From Desulfurococcaceae archaeon (GTDB lineage Archaea > Thermoproteota > Thermoprotei_A > Sulfolobales > Desulfurococcaceae): 64,000 nt of DNA. The notes under the pieces are model-generated. The model ran no database searches. It saw only the letters and a list, made by a program, of their open reading frames with translations, and was not told the DNA's origin. Numbering within the stretch: the first letter of the stretch is position 1; the number at the start of each line of letters is the position of its first letter. The DNA lies in NCBI GenBank assembly GCA_038816475.1, contig JAWBAI010000005.1:1-64000 (forward strand). Reading direction: 5' to 3'. A program made the position numbers and the translations under genes. Positions 35,871-46,974 of the stretch are shown here, one piece after another.

Positions 35871-37750
35871 GCTCCGAGACGACGAGACTCCTGGTACTCC
35901 TTGATCATTTTTAAAATCCTTTCACGTCTTTCACGTGCTTCAACCTCTTCGATAACCCTCCACATATCGCGTGCTTCTCTTAGGACTTTCGATTCAACGA
36001 TAACGTAGCTACCTGAATCGTAAACAACGGAGACCTCTACTACGGGTACTCTAAGGTTAATCCAGTCTATCTTCGACCCCATCGGTACTAGTATGGCTGT
36101 TTTTCTGCTCTTAGCACACTCCACGTAGAGAGAGATGTTCCTGGGGTCATCTACGTATACTGGATACTCGGGGCAGGTGTTGCGGGGATTCTTGATAGCA
36201 ACAATGAGTTTACCAGATGCTAACTCGAGGATTAGTTCCTCTAGTTTTCTGTTCCTCTCGCTAAGGACCTCCATAGCTTTCAGCTTCTCTTCGAGAACCT
36301 TTCTGAGGTGATCTACCATAGATCTCAGTTGGTTTACTCTTCTCTCGCATTCCTCGCTGAGAGCTTTCTTTGATGCCATCTTTAACTCCAGCTCAAGACT
36401 CCTGATGACCTCGTCTTTCGACTTGATCTCCTCCTCTAGTCTTCTGATCAGGGCTTCAAGCTCTCGCTGTTTAGCTTGTAGTTTTTCAACGTCAGGACAA
36501 GGCTTCTCTCTTATCTCCTCGTAGACCGCCTCTCTAGTCCTCTTACTAGCCAGTATCCTAGCGAAGATCTCTTCGAGAACGTGCGTTAAAGGTTTACCCT
36601 TGAGTACTTCAACGACGACAACATCTCGTTCAACTCCAGCTATGTCTCTGATCTTCGATTCAACCTCCTCTATAAGCGGTCTTATGAGCTTGTACGCTTT
36701 GAGAGCAGCAGCTAAAGCATCCCCTGCGTGCACGTCCGGTAATACGATGTTGAAAACCGAGATGTACTCGGAGATCATTCTCTGCTTTTCCTCGGTTGAA
36801 AGATCCCTGTCCGGTGCGTAGATCTGGGTGTTCGTCATCGCTGAGATCTTCTTTACGTACTCGGGCGGTTTAGCTGTGTCAACAGCGAATAGCACTGGTT
36901 TACCCTTAGACATTAAGAGCTCAATCAGCTTCTCACGGTCAGGGCTTCTCAAGCTTGTAATAAGCACGGGTCTTCCATCGAGGTCTAATGCAGCTACTCC
37001 AATTGTAGTACCAGGGTCTATGCCAACAATAAGGGGTCTTTTGCTGGATCCGGTGGCGGGTTTTCTCAATGGTGCAGGCTTAACTACTACTCTAATGTTT
37101 CTTGATTTCACCGGTGAAACAACATTCTTAACTACCTCTGGCGGTGCGTACACGATGAATACACCTCTCTCCAGTCCACCCTCGCTCTTCTTAACCACCA
37201 GGTCGTACTCCAGCTTTGCCTCGTCAAGCTTGCTTTTCACTTCTTTGACTAGCTGCAGTATGGAAGCTCTAATACTTCTCCTAAACCTACTTGCACTAGC
37301 TCCACCCTGAACCGGTGTTCGACCCTTGGTTACAACCACGTAGGTGTACTCCGAGTGAAGCGGAACCTCTTTTCCAAACCCTTTTGAAGCAGCATAAGCG
37401 TTTACTAGCGCTGTCTTAACGGGGTCTGTGACGTCGAATCCTAGGTTAAGGCTTTTTGCCAGCTCCTGTACGCTAATGAAACCCTCATCAGTTCTGGTAA
37501 CTTCAACTAGCTTACACCATGAGGGTATTACTTTTGAAAGCTTTATGATATCCCTTCGACTTCTAGCTATCTCCTGAACACTGTCTACGGCGAGTATGTC
37601 CACGTGGTATTCAAGTATAAACCTCACGATGATGTGCAGAGGAACATCATCAAGTGCTCGGATAACTTCATCATCTCTAAGAATAACAACAGCGTACCTA
37701 GGCTCTCTCGAACTCCTGGGCGAGTACCCTGGTTTTATATCTACACCCAT
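35864..37750 (-). CDS. DUF460 domain protein (RNase H-fold plus coiled coil)
   Basis: MGVDI start, ILAVDS, second IVGIDPGTT motif, DALAAA, long coiled coil. Confidence 0.85.
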   Translation of the reverse strand: MGVDIKPGYSPRSSREPRYAVVILRDDEVIRALDDVPLHIIVRFILEYHVDILAVDSVQEIARSRRDIIKLSKVIPSWCKLVEVTRTDEGFISVQELAKSLNLGFDVTDPVKTALVNAYAASKGFGKEVPLHSEYTYVVVTKGRTPVQGGASASRFRRSIRASILQLVKEVKSKLDEAKLEYDLVVKKSEGGLERGVFIVYAPPEVVKNVVSPVKSRNIRVVVKPAPLRKPATGSSKRPLIVGIDPGTTIGVAALDLDGRPVLITSLRSPDREKLIELLMSKGKPVLFAVDTAKPPEYVKKISAMTNTQIYAPDRDLSTEEKQRMISEYISVFNIVLPDVHAGDALAAALKAYKLIRPLIEEVESKIRDIAGVERDVVVVEVLKGKPLTHVLEEIFARILASKRTREAVYEEIREKPCPDVEKLQAKQRELEALIRRLEEEIKSKDEVIRSLELELKMASKKALSEECERRVNQLRSMVDHLRKVLEEKLKAMEVLSERNRKLEELILELASGKLIVAIKNPRNTCPEYPVYVDDPRNISLYVECAKSRKTAILVPMGSKIDWINLRVPVVEVSVVYDSGSYVIVESKVLREARDMWRVIEEVEARERRERILKMIKEYQESRRLGAQ

Positions 37751-37855
37751 TACTGTAACGATGGATAATTCACCAAGGTTAGAACAAACTGTTACACCTT
37801 GGTATGATAGAATACGTGGATTATAAGCGCAGATCCCGTGAACGCGATTTCATCT

Positions 37856-38752
37856 CTACGTATTCAGCTTGCTCCATTTAACCACGTAATCGAGCGCTTC
37901 GTTGATCTTCAGCTCAACTCCGTAGGTTTTAGAGAAAAACTTAACCACGTAACTTACATCCCTTTTCAGCAGGTCCACTGCCTGTGGATCATCTCTGTAA
38001 ACGTACTGAGGCCAGTCTATTATGAATGGTACTTCATCCTGCTTTCTAACCAGAATGTTGTACTCGCTCAGATCACCGTGAACTATGGAAGCTTTGTGGT
38101 ACGCTGTGGCTATGGTGTCTAGAACCATGAGTAGAACAGCCTCTGGGTCCTTTAGGGGAGGTTTTCTGTACAGCTCTAATCCGTCTATGTACTCTATTAC
38201 GACAACGTGCCTGTTGTAACCCAGGGGTGTAGGAACGTATGCTTTATACGTTGATAGCTCCTTGAGGGCTTTGAATTCTCTTTCAGCGGCTATCCTAGAC
38301 TGCTTATACCAGGGTAAGCTTAGTCCACTTGTCCATGTTCTACGGCGAACCGTTTGTCTAAAGCTCGTTCTTCCTATCCTTAGGAACTTAACAGCAACTT
38401 GAACATTGCCTGGTGCTAGGGCAAGGTATATCTCGCTCTCCTTTCCTTCACCAACTTTGTCACCCATAGCCTCGATCACGTTTCGGTTCACGAGTGCTCT
38501 GATCGCGAGCATGTCGTATCCCAAGTAGGTCAACCTGTAAGCCTTCTCACCAGAGATAGTTTCACCCTTGATCAACCCCAGCTCGTGAAGCTTGGATAAT
38601 ACCAGGAGAAGCTTTTCCTCATGGAAACCAGAAAGCTTTTCCAGGATTTGAAGTGTAACATACTCCCTTCTAGCGTGAGCTCTTTCAATCGCAGACAGCA
38701 CTCTGAAGTCGTCACGTAGTAAGCTCTTGTATATTAATGCTATTTTAACCAA
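37856..38752 (-). CDS. rio2: RIO2 serine/threonine kinase
   Basis: N-terminal wHTH (DFRVL..IE; YRLTYLGYD), GEGKES, KFLRIGRTSF, HGDLSEYN and IDWPQ motifs. Confidence 0.95.
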   Translation of the reverse strand: MVKIALIYKSLLRDDFRVLSAIERAHARREYVTLQILEKLSGFHEEKLLLVLSKLHELGLIKGETISGEKAYRLTYLGYDMLAIRALVNRNVIEAMGDKVGEGKESEIYLALAPGNVQVAVKFLRIGRTSFRQTVRRRTWTSGLSLPWYKQSRIAAEREFKALKELSTYKAYVPTPLGYNRHVVVIEYIDGLELYRKPPLKDPEAVLLMVLDTIATAYHKASIVHGDLSEYNILVRKQDEVPFIIDWPQYVYRDDPQAVDLLKRDVSYVVKFFSKTYGVELKINEALDYVVKWSKLNT

Positions 38753-38879
38753 GACTTTGTACCACCGTGGTTCTACTTCAAGGTTTTACTTAACAGAGCT
38801 AAGTCGTATTATAGCTATACACTTCCTCCCTCAGATAATAGCTACCTGTAGAATGAAAGATTTGTTGAGCACATGGTGA

Positions 38880-39896
38880 GTGCACTTGAGTACCTTGATC
38901 ACCGCAAAGCGTGTTAAGTGTGCAAAGTGCGATCTAGACGCAGCTGTAAGAGTGCACTACGCTAGGTTAAACCTCTGCAGAGAACACTTCCTTGAGTACG
39001 TTGAGAACAGGGTTGTTAAAACATCACAGTACTACGGCTTGTTCAATGGTGCGAGAAGAATACTAGTAGCTCTCTCCGGTGGAAAGGACAGCTTATCTTT
39101 AGCTAGAATACTTAGCAGAAGAAGAGGCGAGCTTGGGATCGAGAAAGTATACGGCTTACACCTGGACCTTGGGCTTGGAGACTACTCTAGAGCTTCGAGA
39201 ACAGCTGTTGAAAAGCTCTGCAAGGAGCTGAACCTAATGTGCATTTTCCTGGACCTAAGGGATCTCGTAGGATACAGTTTACCCGAGCTAGTGTCGTTAA
39301 CAAAGAGACCAGCCTGTAGCCTCTGCGGTATGCTTAAAAGGTACATAGTGAACGCTGCTGCCGTTGAACTGAACGTAGACGCAGTAGCTCTTGGTCATCA
39401 CCTCGATGATCTCCTCGTTTTCGCTCTTAAGAACATTCTCACACAGCAGGACTTAAACCAGCTAAAGTTGTCACCAATTGCCAGAGGGAGTCCAGGGCTT
39501 TTAGCAACAAAACTCAAGGTTCTCTACGAGATTTACGAGAGTGACTTAAAGCTCTACGCCGACTTGAGCGGCATAGAGTACGTGAGAATTCCGTGTCCGT
39601 TCAAGTACGTAGACACGGTTCAGGAGGCCGTGAGAGAACTACTGGAAAAGCTCGAGAGCAGTAGCCCAGGCTTCAAGGTATCGCTGATCAGGAGACTCTC
39701 AAGGTTGCTAAAGTCCGAGGAAGAACTGAACAAGGTAATGCAGTGCAAGTACTGTGGTATGCCAACCTCCACTGGAACATGTGCTCTGTGTAAACTAACA
39801 ACGCGTGTTCACGGTAAACCCCTTGGAAGCGAAGTGAGATCAAAGGTGAGAGAATCAGTAGTTCTCCTCGAAAAGCATGAAAGCCTGCACACGTGA
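38880..39896 (+). CDS. ttuA: tRNA 2-thiolation protein, TtuA/Ncs6 family
   Basis: N- and C-terminal Zn fingers, PP-loop SGGKDS, CSLC and GHHLDD motifs. Confidence 0.85.
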   Translation: MHLSTLITAKRVKCAKCDLDAAVRVHYARLNLCREHFLEYVENRVVKTSQYYGLFNGARRILVALSGGKDSLSLARILSRRRGELGIEKVYGLHLDLGLGDYSRASRTAVEKLCKELNLMCIFLDLRDLVGYSLPELVSLTKRPACSLCGMLKRYIVNAAAVELNVDAVALGHHLDDLLVFALKNILTQQDLNQLKLSPIARGSPGLLATKLKVLYEIYESDLKLYADLSGIEYVRIPCPFKYVDTVQEAVRELLEKLESSSPGFKVSLIRRLSRLLKSEEELNKVMQCKYCGMPTSTGTCALCKLTTRVHGKPLGSEVRSKVRESVVLLEKHESLHT

Positions 39897-39904
39897 CACG
39901 GCTT

Positions 39905-40615
39905 CTAGATGCAATCACCCTTATAAGCGAGAATACCTTTAACCTTGGCGATCCTCAGGTACTCAAGTACGTCCTGATCATCCAGATCTCTCCACTCCTG
40001 ATACGCGTCTGCAACTGCGTACAATGGTGTAGATCTCGGGTTTAAGCAGTAAACAGCATCAGCTAACTTCGCGATCCTGACTGCGGACACTGTGTGACAT
40101 GTTGGTACAGCTACAAGCACTTTGCTCACACCCAGCTTCCTCAGGAACTCAACAGCAGCTCTCATTGTGAAACCAGCTGCAATACCATCATCAACTACAA
40201 CCGCTCTGTCTCCGTATTTAACGTAGTTCTCGTTGCACCTGTACCTGGTAAGTCTTCTTGCAATTTCCTCGCGTTGCTCTCTAATAGCGTTTACGATGTC
40301 CTCGTAGGAAAGCCCTAGGCTTACAGCGTAAGCTACATCGAAGAAGAACGCGCCATCTGGTGCTACTGCTCCGAAGCCAGCCTCTCTATTCCACGGTATA
40401 AGTAGCTTTCTGCAGATTAATACATCAAGCTTGCACCTGAGGACCTCTGCAACTCTCAATGCAACCGGTACACCTCCAGCGGGAACACCATAAACTACAT
40501 CCGCGTCTACGCCTAGATCTCTAAGCCAGTAACCCAGCTTAGAACCAGCATCTTCACGGTTCCTGAAGACGTAGAACTTCTCAGCGAAATCCTCGTTGAA
40601 GAAAACAGATTTCAA
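39905..40615 (-). CDS. Phosphoribosyltransferase (COG1926-like)
   Basis: FRNREDAG, GVPAGGVPVA and PRPP-binding VVDDGIAAG motifs. Confidence 0.9.
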   Translation of the reverse strand: MKSVFFNEDFAEKFYVFRNREDAGSKLGYWLRDLGVDADVVYGVPAGGVPVALRVAEVLRCKLDVLICRKLLIPWNREAGFGAVAPDGAFFFDVAYAVSLGLSYEDIVNAIREQREEIARRLTRYRCNENYVKYGDRAVVVDDGIAAGFTMRAAVEFLRKLGVSKVLVAVPTCHTVSAVRIAKLADAVYCLNPRSTPLYAVADAYQEWRDLDDQDVLEYLRIAKVKGILAYKGDCI

Positions 40616-40626
40616 GTGTGATTCAC

Positions 40627-41571
40627 CTAGGTGATCTCTCTTCTCAGGTGATCAAGGAGAACTCGTGGTAGTGGTCCATGCTTAGCTTCATCGTACCTGG
40701 GTAACTTGCTTACCATATCTTTGATCAGCCTTTCCCCGAGCTCTTTGAGTGATTGTGCATTGTAGACCTCTCGAGCTATCCTTACTACAGCTTCTTTAGC
40801 GGAAACTCCGCTACTAGTGTACTCTAGTAGCCTCTTCCTATGCTGAAGCCTAATGTGCTTTAATGCTATTTTCTCGGGGCTTCTAACGTACGCTAGGTGA
40901 ACACCGAGGACTCGGTCTACGAGGATGGATTTGTAGAGTCTTAGTGGTGCTATTAGAGTTTCCATGTAAACACCTCCACCGTAGTCTAGGTACTTGTACT
41001 TCAGCTTCTGTGAGTAGGTTACAAGCCAGTGCTCGATGTGGTACGGTTCATCCCCGCATACGTGGTGTACATCACCACACATCAGTAGGTACTTCCAGTA
41101 GACAAGGTAGTGCCTCCTGGGGTTCAGGCTCTCAACAACCTCGTGGATTATCTTCGGAGCCCATTCGTAGAGAACCATGTCTCCATCGTGAATAAGTATC
41201 CACTTGTAGGATGAGTTCTTTAAACCGGTGAGCCTGGCTTCGGCTATACTACCGGATGGTATTCTTATCAACTTCAGGTTTAACCCGTGCTCCTCTGCAA
41301 CCTCTCTTACTATAAGCGGTGTTCTATCGCTGGAAGAGTCGACGACAACGTACTCGTCGACTAGCTCTTTCAACGACAGCATAGCAGGTTTAACCCAGTC
41401 TTCTTCGTTGTAAAGGCACATTACTGCTGAAATACCGTTTTTCCTACCCACAGAGTCGGCGTACTCGTAGAAAAACCCCATTCGGTAGGTTAATTCCGAA
41501 AGAACCGTTCTAAGAAGAAACGTTCCCCTTCTACCAAGAAATCTCCTGGCAAGCACTATGAGTGAAACCAA
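40627..41571 (-). CDS. Glycosyltransferase family 2
   Basis: YNEE, VVVDSSSDRT and DGD (DxD) motifs. Confidence 0.88.
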   Translation of the reverse strand: MVSLIVLARRFLGRRGTFLLRTVLSELTYRMGFFYEYADSVGRKNGISAVMCLYNEEDWVKPAMLSLKELVDEYVVVDSSSDRTPLIVREVAEEHGLNLKLIRIPSGSIAEARLTGLKNSSYKWILIHDGDMVLYEWAPKIIHEVVESLNPRRHYLVYWKYLLMCGDVHHVCGDEPYHIEHWLVTYSQKLKYKYLDYGGGVYMETLIAPLRLYKSILVDRVLGVHLAYVRSPEKIALKHIRLQHRKRLLEYTSSGVSAKEAVVRIAREVYNAQSLKELGERLIKDMVSKLPRYDEAKHGPLPRVLLDHLRREIT

Positions 41572-41684
41572 CGCAGTGCACCGTTAGAACCTGGTTCCAC
41601 CGGCTCGTATATTAAAAGACCCACTTACTCCTATAATATAATCTCAGTAGACAGTAACATCTCAACGTTTTCTGGTGGTGTACC

Positions 41685-43043
41685 ATGAGCGGTGTTCCCA
41701 TAAGAGTTGAACCGATTGCCAGGAGGAGAATCGGTGTTCACAGCCATATACGTGGACTAGGCTTAGATGAGCGTGGTAAAGCTATATTCAAGGCTGATGG
41801 ATTAGTTGGACAAGTAGAAGCTCGTGAAGCCGCTGGTATCGTTGTAAGAATGATCAAGGAGGGTAAAATGGCTGGCAGAGGCATTCTCTTGGTTGGTCCA
41901 CCGGGTACTGGTAAAACAGCTTTAGCTGTGGCTATCGCCAGGGAGCTCGGTGAGGATACACCCTTTGTAATGATGAGTGGTAGCGAAGTTTACAGCACTG
42001 AGAGGAAGAAAACAGAGATACTAATGGAGGCTATCAGAAAATCCCTTGGAGTTAGAATAAGAGAAGTTAGAAAAGTCTATGAGGGCGTTGTTAAGGAGGT
42101 TAAGATCAGGAGAGCTAGGCACCCGTTGATGCCTTACTACGCTCTACCCGTAGAGGCTAAGATAACTCTGGGTACCAAGGACGAGGAGCTAACACTAACT
42201 GTACCAGAAGAGGTTACACAGCAGATCGTTGAAATGGGTATTAGAAAAGGCGATGTTATATGGATTGATGCTGAAACAGGCAGAGTTCACCGTGTTGGTA
42301 GAACAAAGGAGATCGAGGGTGCACGAACATACGATATTGAGGTCAAGAAGGTTGTTGAGATACCAAAGGGACCTGTCAAGAAGGAGAAGGAAATAGTAAC
42401 GGTTGTAACACTTCATGACCTGGATCTACACTACGCTGTGCAGAGAAGCATAATAAGCTTCTTTGGTTTAACCTTCGAGCGTGAAATACCCAGTGAGGTT
42501 AGAAGAAGCGTAGATGAGCTTGTTAAGAAGTGGATTGACCATAAGAAAGCAGAGCTTGTTCCCGGTGTACTCTTCATTGATGATGCACACATGCTTGACA
42601 TCGAATCATTCAGCTTTCTCACCAGAGCCATGGAGATGGAGTTTGCACCAATAGTAATTCTTGCAACCAACAGAGGCTTTGCTCGAATAAGGGGAACAGA
42701 CCACGAGTCTCCTCACGGTATGCCGTTAGACCTGCTGGATAGGCTTCTCATAATACCAACAAGACCGTACACAGCTGAGGAGATTAGAGAAATACTCAAG
42801 ATCAGAGCTGAGGAAATGGAAGTAGAACTCAGCGGTAAAGCTCTCGAGAAGCTAGTTGAGCTTGGAGTCAAAAAGAGCCTAAGGTACGCTGTATCACTGC
42901 TTGAACCCGCAAGAATAATAGCTGAGGAGAGAGGTTCAAGCACCGTTGACGTTGAAGATGTTGAGAGAGCATCAAAGCTATTCATAGATGTATCAACCAG
43001 CGTTGAATACTTAAAGCAGTACGAGCAAATGTTCCTAAAGTAG
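41685..43043 (+). CDS. tip49: TIP49/RuvB-like AAA+ ATPase
   Basis: [31 protein letters not shown] and [13 protein letters not shown] motifs. Confidence 0.96.
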   Translation: MSGVPIRVEPIARRRIGVHSHIRGLGLDERGKAIFKADGLVGQVEAREAAGIVVRMIKEGKMAGRGILLVGPPGTGKTALAVAIARELGEDTPFVMMSGSEVYSTERKKTEILMEAIRKSLGVRIREVRKVYEGVVKEVKIRRARHPLMPYYALPVEAKITLGTKDEELTLTVPEEVTQQIVEMGIRKGDVIWIDAETGRVHRVGRTKEIEGARTYDIEVKKVVEIPKGPVKKEKEIVTVVTLHDLDLHYAVQRSIISFFGLTFEREIPSEVRRSVDELVKKWIDHKKAELVPGVLFIDDAHMLDIESFSFLTRAMEMEFAPIVILATNRGFARIRGTDHESPHGMPLDLLDRLLIIPTRPYTAEEIREILKIRAEEMEVELSGKALEKLVELGVKKSLRYAVSLLEPARIIAEERGSSTVDVEDVERASKLFIDVSTSVEYLKQYEQMFLK

Positions 43044-43244
43044 GATCCGCATTGTTTTCACCTAAACTGAAATACAAAAGAGATACATAGTAAAGTACCA
43101 ATGATAGATCCGAGCTAGACATCGCAACTTTCTTCTCAAACGAGCTCTTCCTAGTGGTCTATTGATTAGCGTTAAATGGATAGAAGTGAATGTTTTGGAG
43201 GCATTTATACGCCTTGCTCTGATCTGATAGAAAAAAGGGGGTCC

Positions 43245-44429
43245 ATGAAAACGGATAGCACTATCCCACTAATATCAATAATTATACTAGTGACATCGTT
43301 ACTCGATGTTCCATTCATCGTAGCCCATACTCCAGGAACAACGTTTAGCTATGAGGTTACAGCTAAGGTGGATTACGAGAGTACAGTTCAACTCGATCCA
43401 CTTTAACCTTTCCCCAATTTAACATCCAAGATGCTACTTCAAGGCGAAATCAACTATGGTGTTGTTTCGCTAGAGCGTGATGGCGTCACAGTTCACATTG
43501 AAATAGTTGTTAAGGACGTAAGATTCGACGCTAAACCACAAGAATTTAAAGCTTTCATTGAGCAATTAATTAACTTATCCGGCTTGATCGGGCAAAGAAC
43601 ATCGTTTACATTCACGATTCCATACTCAGGTAAGGGGTTTGACGCTTTTAACTTTTCGGGAATTCTGGGGATCGACTTACAGCAGAATCTTCAATACCTT
43701 CTTCAAATGTATGGGCTTTACGGTTTACAACCACGTATAATGATAGAAGTGACTACCTGGGAGAATATACCGTGTATTTGCATTAGCTCAAGTGCATTTC
43801 AGTCCATGGAGATTTACGAATTTAACGTTACTGAGAGGGTGGAAACTAGAACCTGCTATGATATGACTGGCGTGTTTCCATTGGGCTCGATGGGTATTAC
43901 CGAATATCGTTTGATGAATAAAAGTGATCCAACGCAGTACGTGAGAGTTTTAACAGAGTATACTTCAAGGTTAAAGGACATAGATGTAATCAAAGGCTTG
44001 ATCGTTAGAAGCTATGTTGTGAAACTCGAAAAAGGCGGTGTGGATATTCACCTCTCGGGTAGAAACCTCAGTGTTCTAGATATTAGTGCTCAGGGCAACA
44101 GACTAGTGCTTAGATTGACTGGAGAGGGTTTAGGATCCGTAGTCCTGCACTCGAGCAGGTATATTGAAATAGAGAAAGTTCTGGTTGACTCTACTCCTGT
44201 GGCGTACTATATTGACACAAGTGATGGTGTAGTTGTGATCAGGATACCGGTGATTTTCAGCGAGAGAACTGTTGAAATAATCTTCAAAGAGGAGATCGAT
44301 GGTATAGAAAGTAAAGAAGCAAAAGATACTGGGATTGGATGGTTGTTCTACGCGTTAATCGTAGTACTTGTCATAGCAGTTGCTGTGGTAGTCGTCTGGA
44401 AACTACTGAGAAAAACACCTCAAGCATAG
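43245..44429 (+). pseudogene. Secreted, C-terminally anchored surface protein with an in-frame TAA at 43404-43406
   Basis: ORFs 43176-43406 and 43431-44429 are in the same frame. A signal peptide (MKTDSTIPLISIIILV...) precedes the stop; a TM helix plus RK ends the second part. Confidence 0.7.
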
Positions 44430-44539
44430 CACTCTTTTTCATTTTATTCAATGTTTTTAACTACTAATAAACTCATTGCATGTACGCAGTTCGTACTGTT
44501 CTTCCTCGGGGGTTTACGCTTAAGTATCCATGTTCGTGT

Positions 44540-45457
44540 TCATGCTTTTTGTGCTGCTCCTACGAGGTCTTCGATTCTCGAATAGCCTACTGCTTTAAGC
44601 CACTCTTCTAAGCCTTGCAGGACCTCCCGGACGATGTTCCTGTTTCTTAGAAAAGCGCTTCCGATTTGAACGGCTTTAGCACCAGCAACTATGAACTCAG
44701 CTGCATCCTTCCAGTTGGTGATGCCTCCACAACCAATGATCTCGGCTTGATACTCTCTGTAGACATCGTACACTACTCTTACAGCAATTGGCTTTATCGG
44801 TGGACCAGAGAGTCCTCCGTACTTGTTCGAGAGTACAGGCTTGAAGGAGTATATATCTATGGCTATTGCTCTAATGGTGTTTATGAGTGTTAATCCACGA
44901 GCTCCGGCTTCAAGAGCTTTACCGGCTGATTCTACGACTTTATCGCAAAGCCCTAGTTTTGCCAGAATAGGTACTCTAGTGGTGGATGAAACTTCCTTAA
45001 CCACTCTATAGACGAGCCCGGGGTTGCTCCCGATCTCTAGTCCATGACCTCTCACGTGAGGGCAACTGAGATTCAGCTCAATAGCATCAGCACCAGCGTT
45101 CTCAGCTTTGATCGCAAGCTCCGCGAACTCTTCTTCCGACTTAGCACCAATGCTTACAACAACGGGTTTTCCCAGCCTATGGGCTTTCTCGACAACTAGG
45201 TCAACACTGTCTATGCCCGGGTTTGCAAGTCCAACAGCGTTCAGGAATCCACCGTTCTCGAGTTCAACCATAATGGGCATGGGGTAACCTGTGCTTGGCT
45301 TCAGAGTAAATGTCTTGGTTACTATAGCTGAGAAGCCTGCTGATGCAAGTATTTCAACGTGCTCCAGCTCTGAGCCCAGTATACCACTAGCGTTCATCAC
45401 GGGATGCTCTAGGTCTATCCCTACGACCTTAATTTTAAGCTTGCCTGAGGTGTTCAT
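44540..45457 (-). CDS. pyrD: Dihydroorotate dehydrogenase, catalytic subunit (family 1B)
   Basis: NASG, NAVGLAN, ELNLSCP, INT and GGLSG motifs; start trimmed to ATG 45457. Confidence 0.95.
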   Translation of the reverse strand: MNTSGKLKIKVVGIDLEHPVMNASGILGSELEHVEILASAGFSAIVTKTFTLKPSTGYPMPIMVELENGGFLNAVGLANPGIDSVDLVVEKAHRLGKPVVVSIGAKSEEEFAELAIKAENAGADAIELNLSCPHVRGHGLEIGSNPGLVYRVVKEVSSTTRVPILAKLGLCDKVVESAGKALEAGARGLTLINTIRAIAIDIYSFKPVLSNKYGGLSGPPIKPIAVRVVYDVYREYQAEIIGCGGITNWKDAAEFIVAGAKAVQIGSAFLRNRNIVREVLQGLEEWLKAVGYSRIEDLVGAAQKA

Positions 45458-46190
45458 ACACATCATCGCACCTGAATAATGGTCCATCTGTGCAGAGTAG
45501 TTTACTCGTCGGCTTGAGAGTACAGCTTCCACAAGCTCCATAACCGCATTTAACCATGGCTTCAAGGGAAACCCAGACATCGACTCTGTTACTCCTGAGT
45601 AAGCAGATCTCTCTCAGCATCTGAGTAGGTCCAACAGCTATTACAGCATCGTACTTCTTCTTATCGAGTAACCTGGGAAGTACTTGTGAAACCTTACCAC
45701 AGTACCCTACTGTGCAATCCTCGGTTGCTATGTATACATCTCCGTTGATTTTAGCTATGGTACTCAGCTCGAAGAGGTCATCAAAGGATCTAACACCCCA
45801 TAAAACATCGACTTGAACTCCTCTAGAAGAAGCGACCTTGCTGAAGAACGGTAAAGGTGCTATTCCAGAACCACCTGCTACGAAGAGGACTTCTCCCGTG
45901 AGATCGCATTCTAGACCTCTCCCCAGGGGACCCTTTACTCCGAAGAATCCCTGCAGATCCCTTATACTCCTTGTGCCTTCACCAACGACCTTGAAGAGTA
46001 TTGAGAGAGCGTTGTCATCCTCGTTGAACTGCGAGATCGACATGGGTACTTCGTCCACACCAGGGATCCATATGTTCACAAATTGGAAAGGCTGAGGTTT
46101 TCTCGGTAGGGGTTCAAGAAGCTTGAAGGTTGCGTAGTAATACTTACCACTGAGCTTCTCGGTGGATGTTTTCAAAGCTGGTTTAAACAC
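45435..46190 (-). CDS. pyrK: Dihydroorotate dehydrogenase, electron transfer subunit
   Basis: VGEGT, GPLG, AGGSGIAP and 2Fe-2S CGYGACGSC...LCTDGP motifs. Confidence 0.93.
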   Translation of the reverse strand: MFKPALKTSTEKLSGKYYYATFKLLEPLPRKPQPFQFVNIWIPGVDEVPMSISQFNEDDNALSILFKVVGEGTRSIRDLQGFFGVKGPLGRGLECDLTGEVLFVAGGSGIAPLPFFSKVASSRGVQVDVLWGVRSFDDLFELSTIAKINGDVYIATEDCTVGYCGKVSQVLPRLLDKKKYDAVIAVGPTQMLREICLLRSNRVDVWVSLEAMVKCGYGACGSCTLKPTSKLLCTDGPLFRCDDVYEHLRQA

Positions 46191-46797
46191 CGTTGTTCAC
46201 CTTCTTGAACTTCTCCAGGTACTTTATAACCCTGTCATAGTCTTCTTTACTGATGAGATTGTGCTCGAGTAGGACGTTAAACACGTCACTGGCTTTCATG
46301 AGAGCGTAGAAGTCTACACCTTCTTTCTCGAGAACGCGTCTTGCACCCTGCTCTCGGTCTATAATTACGATGGCTTTAACAGGTATAGCATATGCTTCCC
46401 TAAGGAACCTCACTGCTTTAACGAGCGATGAACCGGTTGTTGCTACATCATCAACTATAGCAACTCTTTTACCCACCACCTCTCCTTCAACCGCGGAACC
46501 TGTTCCGTGCTTCTTCTTCTCCTTTCTAACGTAGGCGAGTGGTTTGCTAACTAGGCATGAAATGTACGATGCTAGTGGTATACCAGCTGATTCTACACCA
46601 GCGAGAACTTCGACATCGTGTAGTGGTATCCTTGAAACAATCTCGGTGATCACGCGGCGAGTGAGCTCAGGGTAGCTGTACATTTTCCTAACATCAATGT
46701 AGAACGGGCTTGTTAAACCAGAGGAAAGCTTAAACTCACCCAACTGTACTAAGCCAGCTCTGTAGAACTCTACTGCTAAGCGTTTTACTGCATCCAT
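46183..46797 (-). CDS. pyrE: Orotate phosphoribosyltransferase
   Basis: FKLSSGLTSPFYID, RKEKKKHG and VDDVATTG motifs. Confidence 0.96.
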   Translation of the reverse strand: MDAVKRLAVEFYRAGLVQLGEFKLSSGLTSPFYIDVRKMYSYPELTRRVITEIVSRIPLHDVEVLAGVESAGIPLASYISCLVSKPLAYVRKEKKKHGTGSAVEGEVVGKRVAIVDDVATTGSSLVKAVRFLREAYAIPVKAIVIIDREQGARRVLEKEGVDFYALMKASDVFNVLLEHNLISKEDYDRVIKYLEKFKKVNNGV

Positions 46798-46974
46798 TCA
46801 AAGCACCTCATCGTCGACATAGGGTATAAACTTTCACGTGAACCCGCTCAACGCGAAAAGCTGGAGAGTTTTCGAGCTTCCGCGACTGAGCATTATGTAG
46901 TGCTCTGGTAGAACTTCGCACGTTGACTGGTGAGTAAATCCGCGGACCTAGGGTGTGAGGTTCTTTGAATCTGT

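Noticed and set aside
36828-37310. 160-aa plus-strand ORF and the many similar 60-140 aa antisense ORFs in the track
   Set aside because: They lie wholly within well-supported opposite-strand genes and are Ser/Thr/Leu-rich shadow frames.
45458-45580. N-terminal extension of pyrD
   Set aside because: It would overlap pyrK by about 145 bp; family similarity starts near ATG 45457.
46798-46974. Possible sRNA or attenuator between pyrF and pyrE
   Set aside because: A CTGA is present at 46886, but there is no convincing C box or stable hairpin; a TATA-like tract suggests a simple pyrE promoter.
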